In this document: positions 1 to 14,380 of the stretch, in pieces
Position numbering within the stretch: position 1 is the stretch's first letter
How the letters are laid out: each line of letters starts with the position of its first letter
Origin: Nymphaea colorata
Lineage: Eukaryota
Direction: 5' to 3'
Assembly (NCBI RefSeq): GCF_008831285.2
Contig: NC_045138.2
Location: forward strand, 8,370,001-8,434,000
Length of the DNA stretch: 64,000 nt
Notes under the pieces: generated by a model
Database searches by the model: none
What the model was told of the DNA's origin: nothing
What the model saw: the letters and a program-made list of their open reading frames with translations, nothing else
Program-made: the position numbers and the translations under genes

Positions 1-86
1 AAAGAATTTTAGATCTTCAAAATAGTAGTCAGCTCAGCTAAATTACTCAGATCATTAAAATATATCCATAATGTTAGCTTAGTGCG

Positions 87-119
<33 letters not shown>

Positions 120-280
120 CATTTTTAGAGTTTAAGATAGGCTCAGGAAATGTGATTGTCTAGTACCCATTTATGTAGGACACATGTAGATAATTGGATT
201 ATAATAATAATACTAGTAGGAAAAATAATAGTTAAAGAATAATAGTAATAACAATAACAAAGGAGGGAGGAGCCACGCAC

Positions 281-3200
281 CAAAGAAGATCCATGAGGAC
301 CACAGAACCTGCTTCCATAGTTATAGGTCGTTGCAGGTTTTCGATTTGCTCCACATGATTTATAGATCGGCCAATCCCTCCGTGCATGCATATAATTTTC
401 TTTTCAATCAGAGCTGCCAAAGGAAGCCAATTGAATAATCTGTTTATACGGTGCCAAGCCCAAATGCCATCTCGTTCTCCCTGGTTAGAAGCAGATCAAT
501 TTCATAAGATTCAATATACTTGACGAAATCTAGGACAGCAAGAAAATAATGCCCATTAAATACCATGCGTTCAATACACTCGATCCGAAAACCAAATAGA
601 GCATTTATATCTGCAGCCTCATGATTCCCACGAATTAAATGCACATTGTGTGGATACTCAATCTGGATAATCAAAAGATACATGAAATCAGAACCAAAAA
701 AAAATAAACAAGCAAAAACTAAAAACCTTCAAACACATAAACAAATCACAAGTACAACCAGTTGGAGCGTACCTTGAGAGCAAGCAAAAGACAGATGGTT
801 TCTAGGCTGTGTTGGCCTCGGTCAACATAATCTCCCAAGAACAGGTAATCAATATATCTGCAAGCAAGAGCAGCAGACGTTATGTCAGCCAAAGAAAATT
901 GCTACATCTGCTCCCAATTAATGAACAAATCAATCACGTTCTCTATGCGTTGGTAATCAAGTATCAAAATATCAAAACCATCAAAAGGAGGAAACAAAAC
1001 AAATGATAAAACAAAATTACTAATAAAATATTAGAAAAAGCCAAAAAGCAACATCCTAGCAGCTTGCTAGAAACTTAGAACAGTTACACAAAAGTACTAG
1101 AAACACATCACGTATCCATTAGCTATTGTATCCTAAATAAACATAAGCAAATATCGTGACAAATTGGATGAGTCATTCATAAAGAATCACCCTGCTTTTT
1201 GACATTGCATTTAATAGTGTAAGTTCGCATTCTGCTCCAAAGAGGCACTATCCTTAACCATTCACTTAAAGATTGCTTGGTAAAAGCAAATGAACCGGGT
1301 TCAAATTCACTTTAAAACTATAACAAAGCTAAATGAATTATCTTATCAGGAAAGGATCAAAAGGTATTTTATACTTAAGAGACATTTGAGATACGTTAAA
1401 AAAAAATGCAGGCAATGATTGACAAATTTGGCAGCTTTCCCCTAACCTCACCTCTCATGGATATCAACCCTACAGAATACCCTAGAAGCTGCTAAAGTTA
1501 AGATAAGTACTGGGTAGGCATTACACCATCTTATCTTCTACAAACCCAGAAAACAATTAAAATGTACTGACAATTACAAACATGACTACAATGTATCAGA
1601 CATTTTAACTATTAACAATTAGATAGGTGGATGAAGTTTTTTACACACAGATACAAGTAAAGACATATATTTACATATTTGTGTTAATATAGTATACACT
1701 ACCAGACAGATACAGACTTTTATCAAAAAAACAGAAAGGAAGTAAATTTTAAACTAGAAGCAAGTAAGAATACTATGATACCTTAGAAGGAGAAAGTGTC
1801 AGACTCCAAGACGTTAAAAAACTGACTTTGCAACAACAAGAACAAGTGATCTCAGAATCATTGATTTATAAATGGTATATCATGTGACTTCCTCTAGAAA
1901 ATCAGAAAAAAAAAAAACCATCCTGAGATACAAGTAATTACTGCAGTCCATGTAACATTTTTTTAGAAAAAACAAAGTATAGATCATAGAATATAGAAAA
2001 ATTTTCTAATCTCTGAATTGCATATATGGATTATGCCATTATGGAGTCTTCAACACTCAAAACATGACCATTATGTCTAATAGAATTTAGCACTTTGAAG
2101 CACAAGGTTCAATTGCCAGTGTCAGTGTCAATGTCAGACATGAAAACAATGACATGCTGAACATTTATGAGCATCTACGAACCACTATTTGTGATTTCCG
2201 CATCTTAAAATTGACAACACAGAACTTCAGAGCTTTGCTAGAAATAACGATAAAATTGAGTATAACAAATGCATGAAAAAAAATATGAATGGACATCCAA
2301 ATACATGAACATGAACAAAAAAAACAAAACATTCAGTCTCTGTCCAGTCTACTTGTTATATAAAAATTCATGCTTGCACAGAATAGATGCACATCAACAA
2401 ATAAAGAAAAAGAAAAACCTTAAGCATGTGCAACAGATAGAGAAAAGGAAAAACTTACGCTATATCTCCAGCCGTTGATGGAGATCCATATTCATCAAAG
2501 AGGCGCATGAGATCACCAAACTGACCATGGAGATCACCAAAAATCTTTACAGGAGCCTTAATTTTCAAAACACTAGGCTCACAAGAAAAGATTCTCTCAG
2601 CACTTTCACAAAGGTCAGCAATCTCATTGCAATCTAAGAAGAACTGTCGCCGCACAGGAGGTTTCCAACCACGAGGCTTCAAAAGGTGTGCTATAACCTG
2701 CAATCCAAGAATTGCGTTTATTTACAAGCAACAAATTACATAATGTAAATCCTACCAACCTATAAAATTAGTTCCAAAAATCTTCATCATGTAAATTTAG
2801 GATATGAGTTAGAAACTCAAAATTAATACACTTCTTCACTTGGGGCGCCTGCCCAATCTAATTGAAAAGGTGGCTGCCTAGGTCCTAGGCGAGCACCTAG
2901 GCATGCTTTTGACTACTAACGTTCTATTACATAAATATTACAAGAGGAAATACCAGGACGATAAAAATTTAGACTTGAGAGAACAAAAGGAATTTTTAAA
3001 CCATGATCATTGATCAGTAAGGGTTATTACCTTCTTCGGAACGCTGCTAATAGACATTTGCCGATCTAAAAGTTTTCTTGCTGCATTTGCACTTTCTGGA
3101 GTACCATAGCTAACACGCCTACCTTCATTTTCAAACTGATCAATAGACAGTTGTCTGACCATTCCACCCAGTGCTCCCCCAGTTTCCGCAGCAACAACAA

Positions 3201-6200
3201 CCTAAGGTTTAATAAAAGACAATAGAGAATTCTGAAATCCATAACAAAGTAGCAATCACTGAAAATCAAAGTCAGAATATTTTTTTTTAAATGGACTGCC
3301 AGAGTTTATGGTAAATGACTGACAGCTCTATGGTGAAGCCGAACTGTAGTAGGTGTCACATTATTTGAAACTGCAGAATCTGACACTTTCACTAAACTGG
3401 ACAACTGCTTCCCACTTGGTGTAGCATCTGCACCACGATCTCCTCTATCTGGAAGTTGCTCCATTTCGCCATTAGTTTGACGTGCTTTGGCAGCAGCTAA
3501 TGCAGCACTTATGGCTTCCGCTTCTGCTGCAGAAGCTTCAACCAAATATTCTACGCCTTTACTTAATCGCCTGCAAAATTAATTTATTTAAGCTTCTGAA
3601 CTAAATCTTATGGACACTCCAAACCCCACCCCCCCCCCCACCCCCCCAAAAAAAAAGAAAAAAAGTGACAAAGAGAACAGTCATTGTATTTGATATTTAA
3701 ATTAAATTTCTTCATATCATAAATAGGTCACCTTTGGCCCTGCATCATAGCATTTTCAGTGCTTATATCAGTATATATATCCCCATTGACTGGGGGTGCA
3801 ACAGGACTCCCCAACACAACAGCACCATCAGGAGATGACTCAGGTGCTGCTTGTGTCTTTCTTTCATCATTGATTGGATATGTTCCAGGCAACTTCCCTA
3901 CTTGAACATTAGCAGCAGCTGCTGCTGCTGCTGCATGTGAAGCAGCACTTGTGGTCTCAGCTGCAGCTAGGTCTTCCGCAACAAGTAGGTCATCTAGCAA
4001 TACTCCTATCAAGTTAAAGCATATACTCAGTGAGAAGAAAAACTTTGCACCTCTCAACAAAGAGGCTACCTTATACATGCATGTCTCACTTCTTCAAGGA
4101 AGAACAGAAGAATTAAAGAAATGTGTCTCTACTCATATAAATCAAATTATCTTCACAAGTTCAAATATCTATTTAAATATTTTTTCATTCCAAAAATGGC
4201 ATAAGATTCATGACTAGATACAAGTGAAACAGGTTGTTAAGCATAGAAGCCTTAAGAAATTGCCACCGATAAACTTAAAATCTGCAACAAAGTGTAGAGG
4301 TCTTTATAGCAGAAAAATCAGGAGCTATGATTCAATTCAAGTTCATTAAACCAAAAATAGAACATGTTCGTCCAATAGCATGGGCCAACATTCAATTGTC
4401 GATCAATTGCATATAGTGATATCCGTATCAGGTGGATATAGTGATCTCCATAAAAATAAGCTCAACATAAATTCAAGTGTCTTGACATGTGAAAGAAACA
4501 CAATATTAGCAGCTGGAGAAATGAAATTTTTTGTTTTGTAATTTCATAAATTAAACTATAAATCAAACTAAGGTAAAAAAGAACAGCAACAATAGCAGCA
4601 AGAAGCTTCAGTTCAGTTCCTCAGGAGTAGTTCAAATAGATAGGCCACAAGCAATAGAACAGTACAAATTTACAAATATTTTTTCATCGGAACCACTAGT
4701 CTCACCACCACGCAGTCCACCATATATAAAGATCAGATCTCCAACTGCAGCAGCAGCATGTCTGCACCGTCTTGTTAGCTCAACTGATGCATCCCCTCCA
4801 GCAGCATCAGCACTGTATCTGCCAGTTCTAGGGGTCGTAACAACAGACTTTGTGTCACACCAAACTCCTGCTGCAGTGTCCAGAACTACACACATGGAAG
4901 CAATCAATAACTAGTTTACAACTTTACAAATACAGGCAGATGATAAAACACTGGGTCACTTGCACATGTATCCTTTCAACTATTTAAATTAGTCACAATT
5001 ATTTTTTTGAAAAAAAAAAATAAAACCAAGGCTAAGTAACCCATTGCATGTAGATTGACACTCACCACTTCAACTTATTGGTTGAAACAATAACAAATTG
5101 AGTTCAAAATCAATACTGCCAAACTACATCCTACGTCACACAGACTGGCCAAATAGGGCAGCTGCACTTGCGCGAATGCTGTAATGCGGGCGTAGTTACA
5201 CCTTTGACACGCCACTGGACGCAATCAACACGCATCCATTGCGGTCAGCCAAACTAGACCATTTTCATCCAACTTTTGATGTGCACTTGACTCTCATCAA
5301 TAGCTAGTTAGGCAAGATCCAACCACATTCAAGTTCAAAGTTGCCGTTTCTTTTGTTAAAAAAAAAAACGAAACCCCCATTTGAAAGGGGGCTTCATTCA
5401 GGTTCAACAGTTTGAAGCCCTCTCCTGAGTCCTGACCCATCGAAGTTCAGCATATTCTAAAACTCTGGCATCTGTCTGCCTCCAATAACCATCTCCAACA
5501 TGCAGTTTGCTCAGCATCCATTTTGGGTGATTGTGAATCCATTTCGCCAATCAACCATGAGCTGCTTTCTGGTGATTCTTTTTGCTCTCCCACTATGTCA
5601 TGCTGCTTCCTCTCACAACCGGCATCCTTTCTCCAGCAAGGTCCCCTCTGGCTGCCTCCATTCCAATGTCTCTCTTTATTACCCACTTTTTTTCTCATCT
5701 TATCTTTGACACTGTCATTTTTCTCATCTCATGTTTGCTTCTTTTTTACTGTATCTGTTTCCTACGTCTCTGTCATCTTTGTTACTCACATGTTGTTTCT
5801 GACATCCTTGTTTTACGGGTTTTTACTTTTTTTTTAGCACATCACTGTTCATCCTTGTTACCTTGTTTCCAAACTCTATTCTTTTCTTTTCTTTTTACTG
5901 TCTTACTGTTTTTTTTCGCTGCATATGTTAAATTGTTATGTTTTATTGAATATATTGGCAGTTTGTTGAGTCAGTTCCTCATTAACTTGCTTTGTCAATT
6001 GACAAATTTGTTGTTTGCTGTCAATTTTGTTTATGTATATTATATACACGCACACACTTGCCTCACCTGCACCCGCACAACACACCCTCATTGTGTCACT
6101 TAGACTCATCCTAGGTATTCTTGCTTAAAGTAACAAAATATTTTGCAGAAATTAAGTAATATCTTGTTTCATGGTTTTTAGATATTAGCAGATGAATCTG

Positions 6201-9200
6201 AATAAATGTGGCTCGAAGTGACAGGTAGCCTGAGGCTTGAGGACTATGCCAAGTGATAGAAAGCAGTAATAGCAAAGGAAACAAGTTCAAACAGAAACCA
6301 AAAAAGCAATTTTAAAAACTAGGAAATTGCTTATCACTGGGATATGAGCATACCTGCCACACTAGATGAATCTTCCACCATACGACCACCACCAAGTGCC
6401 CCACCAGAAACATGTAATCGTGCATTAACAAAAACCTGAGCATAGAAAACACATAGGAAAAAAAACTGACAAACTTGACAGTACAAGGAATTAAAGCGAA
6501 AACAAAAGAGAAAGTACATGGAAGGCTTAGGCAGAAGATAGATACCAAAGGAAAAGAGAAGAGGAGAAATGAGGAGAAATAAATAAATACATAAATAAAT
6601 GGTGAACATTGAAAAGGAAGAAAAAAAATACCGCAGCATGTTGATATCTAGGGGATGGAGAAACACCAGGAGCAATGGCCCATTCCCATCGACCATCCCT
6701 ATGCTTTGCCAAGCCATAAGCACTTGCCAGAGGCTACCCAAAAAAACCAAGAGCAGAAGCATGTAGCCAGAATTGTTAAACAACAATTGCAGAGCCCATG
6801 AGTGAACATTATAACAAAATACATAAACTTCATGAGCTCTAAATACTTATTCTTAATTTCTTATTTATATCCACATCAGGTTCCATGCCTCAACATCACT
6901 ACAACTATGAAATGCTCAAACATTACAACTAGACAACTATGAATTAGGAGACATACACTTATACCCACATTTGCACGAACATGTATTTTATTAGTTATTC
7001 ATGCTATACTGCATGCCCATTTGTACATTATTTTTATATTTGTATTTGCATTCCCATATTTCCAGCAACTACAAGCTAGTTAATGACGAACCTTCAGACA
7101 AAGCAAATGTAGGACCCAGAAAACAAAGAATAACCTCCTTTTATTTTATAACAGATCTTGAAGTTAGATTTGTGGTTTTTTCAAATCTTGCTGGATCACA
7201 GTACGACCTAATCCATGCACTGCCATCTAAACACTTTGTTTCAATGGTAAGCTTATTAGATGAATTAACCTGTTAGCTTGTCTACCTTTGTCCATAAAAT
7301 TATTTATAACATTATAGGATGGGAGCAATTTTTGGAGAGTATTTCTTAAAGCCAAGGGACATTTCTAAAGCACTGTAACATACAACAGAGTGGCTTGATA
7401 CTTATGACCATGCAGATTCACTTAACAACATTAGGTCAAGGAATTTCCAGAAGTACTTGACCCCAGGATCTTACTCCAGTTGCTTGAATAAGTCGTCTCC
7501 ATCATAGTCAACCCATCTTCCTACTTCACCAATCCTTTCTTAAAACATACACATATCCCTTCTTTCTTTCAATCACTTGACTCGTACAACATGCTCTTTC
7601 ACACCTATTTGCAGCATGAATCAAGATGTCAATCTTGCCTTACAGCTGATGGACATCTTCGATATAAAAATCAAGCTGGCGGCAGAAATATAACTTTAAG
7701 CGAACATTCAACATTGCCAAATAGAAAGATTTCTTGCTCAATCATCTAAAATGACCTTTATGCAGAAGCAAAACATCCCAAAAACTAAGAGCCAACAGGA
7801 TATCAGTTGTTGGACATGTTGCCACCTGGTGCCCTTTCAATGCCTCAAAGTCCAACTCATATCAGTTTTGATCCTTAGTACCAACCCTTTTTCTATGGCC
7901 TAAAAAGGCACTCATCAGTCTGCTCAGCCCCTTCCTATTCCGCTTTGCCACCTAAACTCCTCAAGTCCACATATTTGCAGCACAAGAAGGCCTATCAGGT
8001 AGAGAGGTGAAGAAAATAGAATTCCAATAAAAAAAAATTAAAATTATTAAAATAAAATTTTTTGAATATAAAATACATTTTTAATAATAAAATATATATA
8101 ATTATTACATAAAATAAATATATATATATATAATTATTAAAAAAACACTAATCTGGCTGAATCGGGACACATCCGGCCGACCCGGGGTGGACCGATATAT
8201 TACCGGGCCGGCCTGGGCCGGCTTTTTCGGGCCCAGGCCCGATGCCCAAGCTTACATATAATAGGTTGATGCAATAATATATAATAGGTATAACAGACTG
8301 TACATAACAGTATATACATATAACACGTATTACAATCTATGTCACATGGGTGCGGGATGTAGGTGCCGGTGTTGGTGCGGGTGATGGTGCGGGTGCAAGA
8401 AGCGGAAAGTTCCAAAAAAATTGGGTGTGTCGTGTGGGTGCAACAAGGGCATATAGATATATCATATATGTATAGTATACATACAAATATAATCTCTTAT
8501 AAAAATAATTTTATTTGTCTATATTGTTAAATTTTTTTTATCAAGATTACCTTTATCTCATACAAAATTCAAAATTTTATTAAATAAAATGGGAAGGGAA
8601 AGAGAAAAGAAGGCAAAAAAAAATGATGGAAAAGATAAGAGAAGAAAAAATGAAAAAACAAGAGTGAGTGCAGTCAACAACACCCGACTCAATCAAGCCG
8701 AATCAAGTGTCGTGTCGGGCCGCACCCGAGTCAACTCGCGTGCTTCACCAGTTTTGGCACACCCCCGTGCCTTAGATTACAATACATATAAAAAGAATAA
8801 CAAATTGCATTACAATACAATTTAACATAATAGTATATACATATAAATTTATGACAGGTATAACAAATTAACAATATATATGACTATCTGATATAAAGTA
8901 GATAACAAGTTTATACTCAATTAAGAAACTTTAATTGAAAGGGAACGTGACTCTTCACTTTCCCATGGACTAGGCGTGTTGGTACGTAGGCCAGCCTAGG
9001 CGCCAACATATATCCCATCACCTAAGTGGTGGACTTAGGTGACGGGTGTGGGCTCACGTTTAGTCCATGCCTAGGCGAGGCCTTAACAACATAGCTATTG
9101 GAAGGACATAGAATTATGTAACTCCTCAACCGACATGTAGCTAATATATCACACGTGACTGGAGAAACATTCACCTGAGGATTAAAAATAAATAAGCACC

Positions 9201-12200
9201 ATGAGAGTTACCCTAAGTTTTATCATACCCACTCAGAAATCTCAAACACACCATCTAGACAATGAGCAGACATGCTTCATAACATACAGATGCCTATGGG
9301 ATTTATTCGATAATAAGCCTTTAGCCACTACTTAATCATCTAAACTGTCAAAATTGGAAGTGGGACACACAGGCTGTTCAAGACCCTAAAAAGACTAATA
9401 GGAATTAGTCGGAACTTGTCCTTCCGACTCTGTCCAAGTTGATTGACTATTACATACATTCATATAGAAATAAATCCAGAAACATATACATCCACACAAA
9501 TAATGCACATATATATTTACAGGCCAGGGATTAGCCGACTGATCAATGACTAAAATGACTATTGGATTATGTTCACAAACTCATTGCTGGTTCCAGACAT
9601 TGGTCAATCAGTAACTGACTCAACCAACTAAATGAGTTTTTGACAACTAACTTATTATTTATCAGGATCTGAAGTAAATGCATCAAAAAGTAACCTTGAT
9701 AGGTTATGTCACATGAGTGCGGGGTGCGGGGTGCGGGTGCCAATGCAACGTATCCCAAAAAATTTGGGTGCAAGGGTGCGGCAAGGCTGTATATATATAA
9801 TATTTATTTTATATATATAAATGTATGTATTCATAATATATATAATTTTAGCTTGTTTATTAGCTTAATCTATCCTTTATTTTTACTTTTATTACGATAC
9901 GTAAAGGAAGAAAGGGACAGGGAGAAGGAAAAAAAAGACTGGAAAATATTTTGAACAGGTCTAAGAACACTGGTAATACAGGTAGAGATGCTTCGCGCAA
10001 CTTGGCCACCTTATGGGCATTTAGAACAAGAAAAAAGTAGTCGCCAGTACATATCATGCTTAAGCAAGCAACTTCACCCAAAACTGCAAATTAGCTTCAA
10101 GCAAGTTACCCTAAGATAAAAAGCATTATCACAAATACTATTTTTAAATATTAAATGGCAAGGATTTTTTGGGGTATAATACAGCAGAGTTGTTTTTCTT
10201 GGAAAAATATTGGGAAAATCTCAGCAAGTTTTAAAAAAGTTAAAGGAAAGGCCCTAAAAATAACATGTAAAAAATGTGAAAATAAAAATCTGGTTACTAC
10301 AAAATGTACAAAATGCAAAAAAAGGAGAAAATGCCAAAAAAAGGGGAAAACAATAAACGTGAAAAAACGTGAAAAACATTTTTTTTCATTTTGGTTTTTT
10401 CTAAATGTATTTTTCTCATTTTGTCAACTGACCTGTTTTTATTTTTTTTTTTTTGCATTTTTTTCCAAATAAATGAGTGTTCTGTGGCAATGGTTAAAAG
10501 TAATTTAAGCTTCCAAAAGAGATCAAACTAAACATTGCCTAAGAAAACCTTTTTCTTCTAGTTTCTTATAATTAACAACTGTCATTCAATGTGTCAATGT
10601 CAATGCATATCTACTAATATGATATAGATTCCTTGAGACCAGAAACCTCAAAGATTCTCCACACAATTACATACCACACTATTAGCATCTCGTCCTCCAC
10701 AAAGCAAAAGCAGTCCATCGGAACGTGCACTTGCTGTTGCATACCTGCAAAAGAGCCATTACAAGTTACCTTCACCTAACCACCATTTCAATTCAAAAAA
10801 CTGGAGAAACCAAAAAGGAAATCCTATTTATCAGCTAAAAAACATACATTGTTACAACAGAAGCAGTTGATAACCACCAAAACTACCACTTGATGATTAG
10901 GACATCTAAGCAAGTTTTGCACCTCAGACTGATGTGAACCTTTCCCAACCATACCATACTATATTGACATGGCCTTGGATGTTACAGAGCTCAGAGTAAT
11001 GGCCTGACAGGATAAAAAGCAAGGTCGAACATTTGAATACTTCTTTTACTGTAAGATGCACGACCTCGTACAATATTTCCTGTCCCACTGAACCTAGAAA
11101 GCATTTGGAGAAGAGGACAAAGAAGTGCCCATTAATTGATATACTCTTGATTACTGACATGAAGTACCCAAACGGTTACTGCAGCTCTTACAGAATGTTT
11201 AATCAGGGCAATGAAGCATGTTTGCAGATCCCAAATTGGATCCAGCAAATATCTTGATTAGTATGTTATCTAATTTTTACTGCAGTTTGTCATGCAAAAC
11301 CATCCCTCAGATGTGGTTTTTATTCTGCTTTTTGATACGCATTCCATAAGTTAATCCAAAAGTGATTCACATCCCCTCTTATATACAATGTGCTGTGAGA
11401 CAGAATGAAGTTTTCATACCAACAATGAAAAGGATAAAATATCCACCAATGACTTACATGCATGGAGGTGGGCCTTCTCCTTCTGGCTCCAGTTTCCTCC
11501 ACTCGTAGGGCTTGGCAGCTGTATCTAAAGCCCAGACATCAGCCAAAGGACGCTTTCCTAAGGAATTAAAAAAAAAAAATCAGCAAAAGGATTAGCATAG
11601 ACTCTGTAAACATTTCCAGCATATTTCAGAAAGCAACACCAAAAATATTTAACATGTACAAAGAAAATTATAAGAGATACCATCATTTCCACCAATAGCC
11701 AACAGGAACCGCTGTCCAACTAGAGCCATCACATGGCCATATCGAGGACCTGGGCCAGCACCTTGAACAACCACCCTAGAACACAAGTACAACCATTTTC
11801 ATGAGCAAAGGCCTACATCCCAATGAGAATATACGCAGAAAATAAGGAATTACTTAAATAGTTAAATTGAACGATCACCTGTGCCATCTAGGTCTTTGCT
11901 GTGTCAGGTCAAGAACATGTAGATCCTCCGCAGACAAGCCAGTTGGACCGATCCCACCCTAACAGTTAAAGGACGCAAGATATTTAGTCCTACATCAATA
12001 ACTATGCAGTGAATCTAAAACAAAGTCAAACTCAAAACTAACCTGAATAACGACCATCGTACCCACAGCAGTTGCAACATGTGCAGCACGAGGCGATGGC
12101 GGTTCTCCAAGTGGCGAAAGTCTAACATTTATTTTGGAGTTCACGTTAGAGACATTGTGTGATAAGAAGAAGACCGGTGCAATGAATGATCCAATTTTTA

Positions 12201-13222
12201 GAAACTTCAGCACCTCAATCGAAACAAGAGATATAGCTACAAGCCGGGAAACACAAATGCACCAAGATATTTCCAAGACTATAGGTACCAATATAATTTG
12301 TTACTGAAATCAGGAAACATCTGCATACCATCTACAAAATTAATAATCTAAACATTTCACAATCAGATATAGAAGTAGAATATACATTACACGAACTCTT
12401 TGAAGCCTCACCTTGACCATTTGTTCGAATGCATATCATAACAATGGACGTCAGCAGTAGCCCCAGCTAACCCTGATAACAAAAAGAAAATTATGATCAG
12501 ATCATACAAGAGCACAGCCGCTAGAAGCCAATCTGCCTATTGCAAATAGGGGCAAACAAATGCGAACACTTGCTACAAAGAAAAAGCCTCTGAAAGAGAC
12601 ATCTAGCGTCAACCAACTCAGGAGGGGCGATGGACCATGGTACAAAAACAACCGCTCTTGCAGAGAAAGAGTCACCTCTCCCATCAAATAACCCCGTAGA
12701 TTGTGACCCCACTAACCAATAGAGGTTAATGACAGTTCCTCAATCAACTCTGATGATGAAGGACCTCTCCCAGTAGCCTCCAACTCAACAGAAACCATGC
12801 GATTTCTGATCTCGGACGGTATTCGTATCTCGATAAAATCTACGAAAGAAGGAAAATCTAAACAAGAATGTTTTTTGGATGACCGCAGCTTACTTATTCC
12901 GGTGCTTGCGCCGGACGACGGCGGTCCAGAAATCGCAGAATTACCCTCAAGAGCGGTGGCGCCCCCAAACAGTATTAGCCGAGGACCAACATAACCTGGG
13001 GATCCTTCTTCCCCAACGGCAGCAACGGCAGTCAGTGTGTGACCGCATCGGGGACCAGGGCCATCTTCCTTCTTCTCGAGGACAGCATTTACGACACTGT
13101 ACGTGGGAGCGGGCCTAGGGCCAACAGTTGCGGCGGAATGCGGCTGTTGTTGCTGCTGTTGATGGGATGGCAATTGCTCGTCGCGTTCCCCGTGGAGACT
13201 TTGCGAAGGGACGGAACCAGAT

Positions 13223-13255
<33 letters not shown>

Positions 13256-13323
13256 CCGGGACTTTGATTCTGACCATCCTGCTGATCCCTTTCCGGCACC
13301 GCAGCCGAATCCACGTCCATCAT
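281..13323 (-). CDS. BSL3: BSU1-like Kelch-repeat Ser/Thr protein phosphatase (PPKL family, BSL2/BSL3 type); 3' end runs off the window
   Basis: Exons traced with GT-AG ends and consistent phase: 13323-12894, 12472-12412, 12121-12043, 11958-11879, 11775-11681, 11557-11458, 10744-10675, 6733-6632, 6435-6354, 4885-4706, 4005-3732, 3570-3324, 3201-3031, 2697-2459, 857-773, 662-564, 480-281 (864 codons). Kelch motifs ([40 protein letters not shown]), KKVI motif and PPP motifs GDLHG, GDYVDRG, RGNHE. BSL2 versus BSL3 cannot be resolved by eye. Confidence 0.96.
8025..8254. mobile_element. Truncated hAT MITE (GGCCC family) in BSL intron 7
   Basis: Right end gcccgatgcccaagctta and AT-rich core resemble the 62772 and 23292 copies; left TIR not found. 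Confidence 0.6.
8337..8775. mobile_element. hAT-type MITE (CTATGTCACATGGGTGCGG family) in BSL intron 7
   Basis: Ends ctatgtcacatgggtg and cacccccgtgccttag; perfect 8-bp TSD ATTACAAT at 8329-8336 and 8776-8783. Related ends at about 9704, 22594-22890, 31700-31717 and 33982. Confidence 0.85.
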
Positions 13324-14180
13324 CTTTGCAAGAAAGCGCCGCCTCTATCGGTGCAACGAATCAGAGGGATGACCCAAGGGAAGATGCTCTGATGGGGAAG
13401 CAATTTGCGGTGGAATCAGCCATGAATCTTGACCCGTTACCTATTCCATGGCGAAGAACATACCTATTCCGGCCCATCCATCGATTAATCACGACAAATT
13501 AATGAGCTAAGCTGCTCGATTCGCCCGGGAAAAGAGATGATTCGTGGTACAGGCCGCCTGCCTTCCGACCGCGACGGATCTAGCTGAAAAAGGGTTCCGG
13601 CGATCCGATCGTGGCCGACCGAGATGGGGACAAGAAAAAGCGAAAAAATAATTAAAAGAAGGAGAAAGAATGAGAGGAAAGGGAAGGGAGAAGAATTCCA
13701 CGGCGTCCTCCTCGTGCCAATAATTGGTTTTTTTCTGTGTTGCCGCCCCTTCGTTCGGAAATTGAGTGTTGGGTCGTGGATAAGAGGGCGGAACGACCCT
13801 TCTCGCCTTTTCCCCTTTTCTTGGACTTTTGCCCCTCTTCTTCTTCTTCTTTCCTTTCTGCTTCTCCCCCTCTTCCTCCTTCTCCTCCTCCTTCTCTTCC
13901 CTCCCGGTTCAGTGGTGCGGTGATGAGGATAGAAAGAACCCTTGAAAGAGGGAGACGGAAAGAGAATAGGCGGAGAAGATCGGGAACCCAAAGCTCCTCC
14001 CTCCTTCGTGCGTCTTTCTTTTTTTCTTCTTTTTTGGTTTTTTCCACTCTCTCTCTCTCCCTTCTCTTTCTCTCTCTCTCTTTCCTCCCACTTCCTCCTC
14101 CTCGATTTGTTTATTTTATATTTTATATACATCTGTATATATATATATATATATACATCTATATATATATATATATATTC
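13324..14180 (-). promoter_or_regulatory. BSL 5' leader and proximal promoter
   Basis: CpG-rich region with long CT/GA tracts directly upstream of the ATG, typical of plant leaders. Exact TSS unknown. Confidence 0.55.
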
Positions 14181-14230
14181 ATTCTCCAATACAAACTTTG
14201 TTCGCCCGGTCACGAGGACCCATAACTCAT

Positions 14231-14340
14231 CAAGCTAAACAACATGCGAAGTCACACAATATCAATTTCGCCAAATAATGTAATAAGCAACATGTAAATC
14301 ATGTATGTCGCTATTTTCATAATAATGTTTTCATAATAAT

Positions 14341-14380
<40 letters not shown>

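Noticed and set aside
5447..6103. Hydrophobic ORFs up to 173 aa in BSL intron 9
   Set aside because: T-rich low-complexity, MITE-like interior.
13485..14238. Overlapping ORFs up to 242 aa on both strands
   Set aside because: Translations of CT/GA and TA microsatellites in the BSL leader and promoter.
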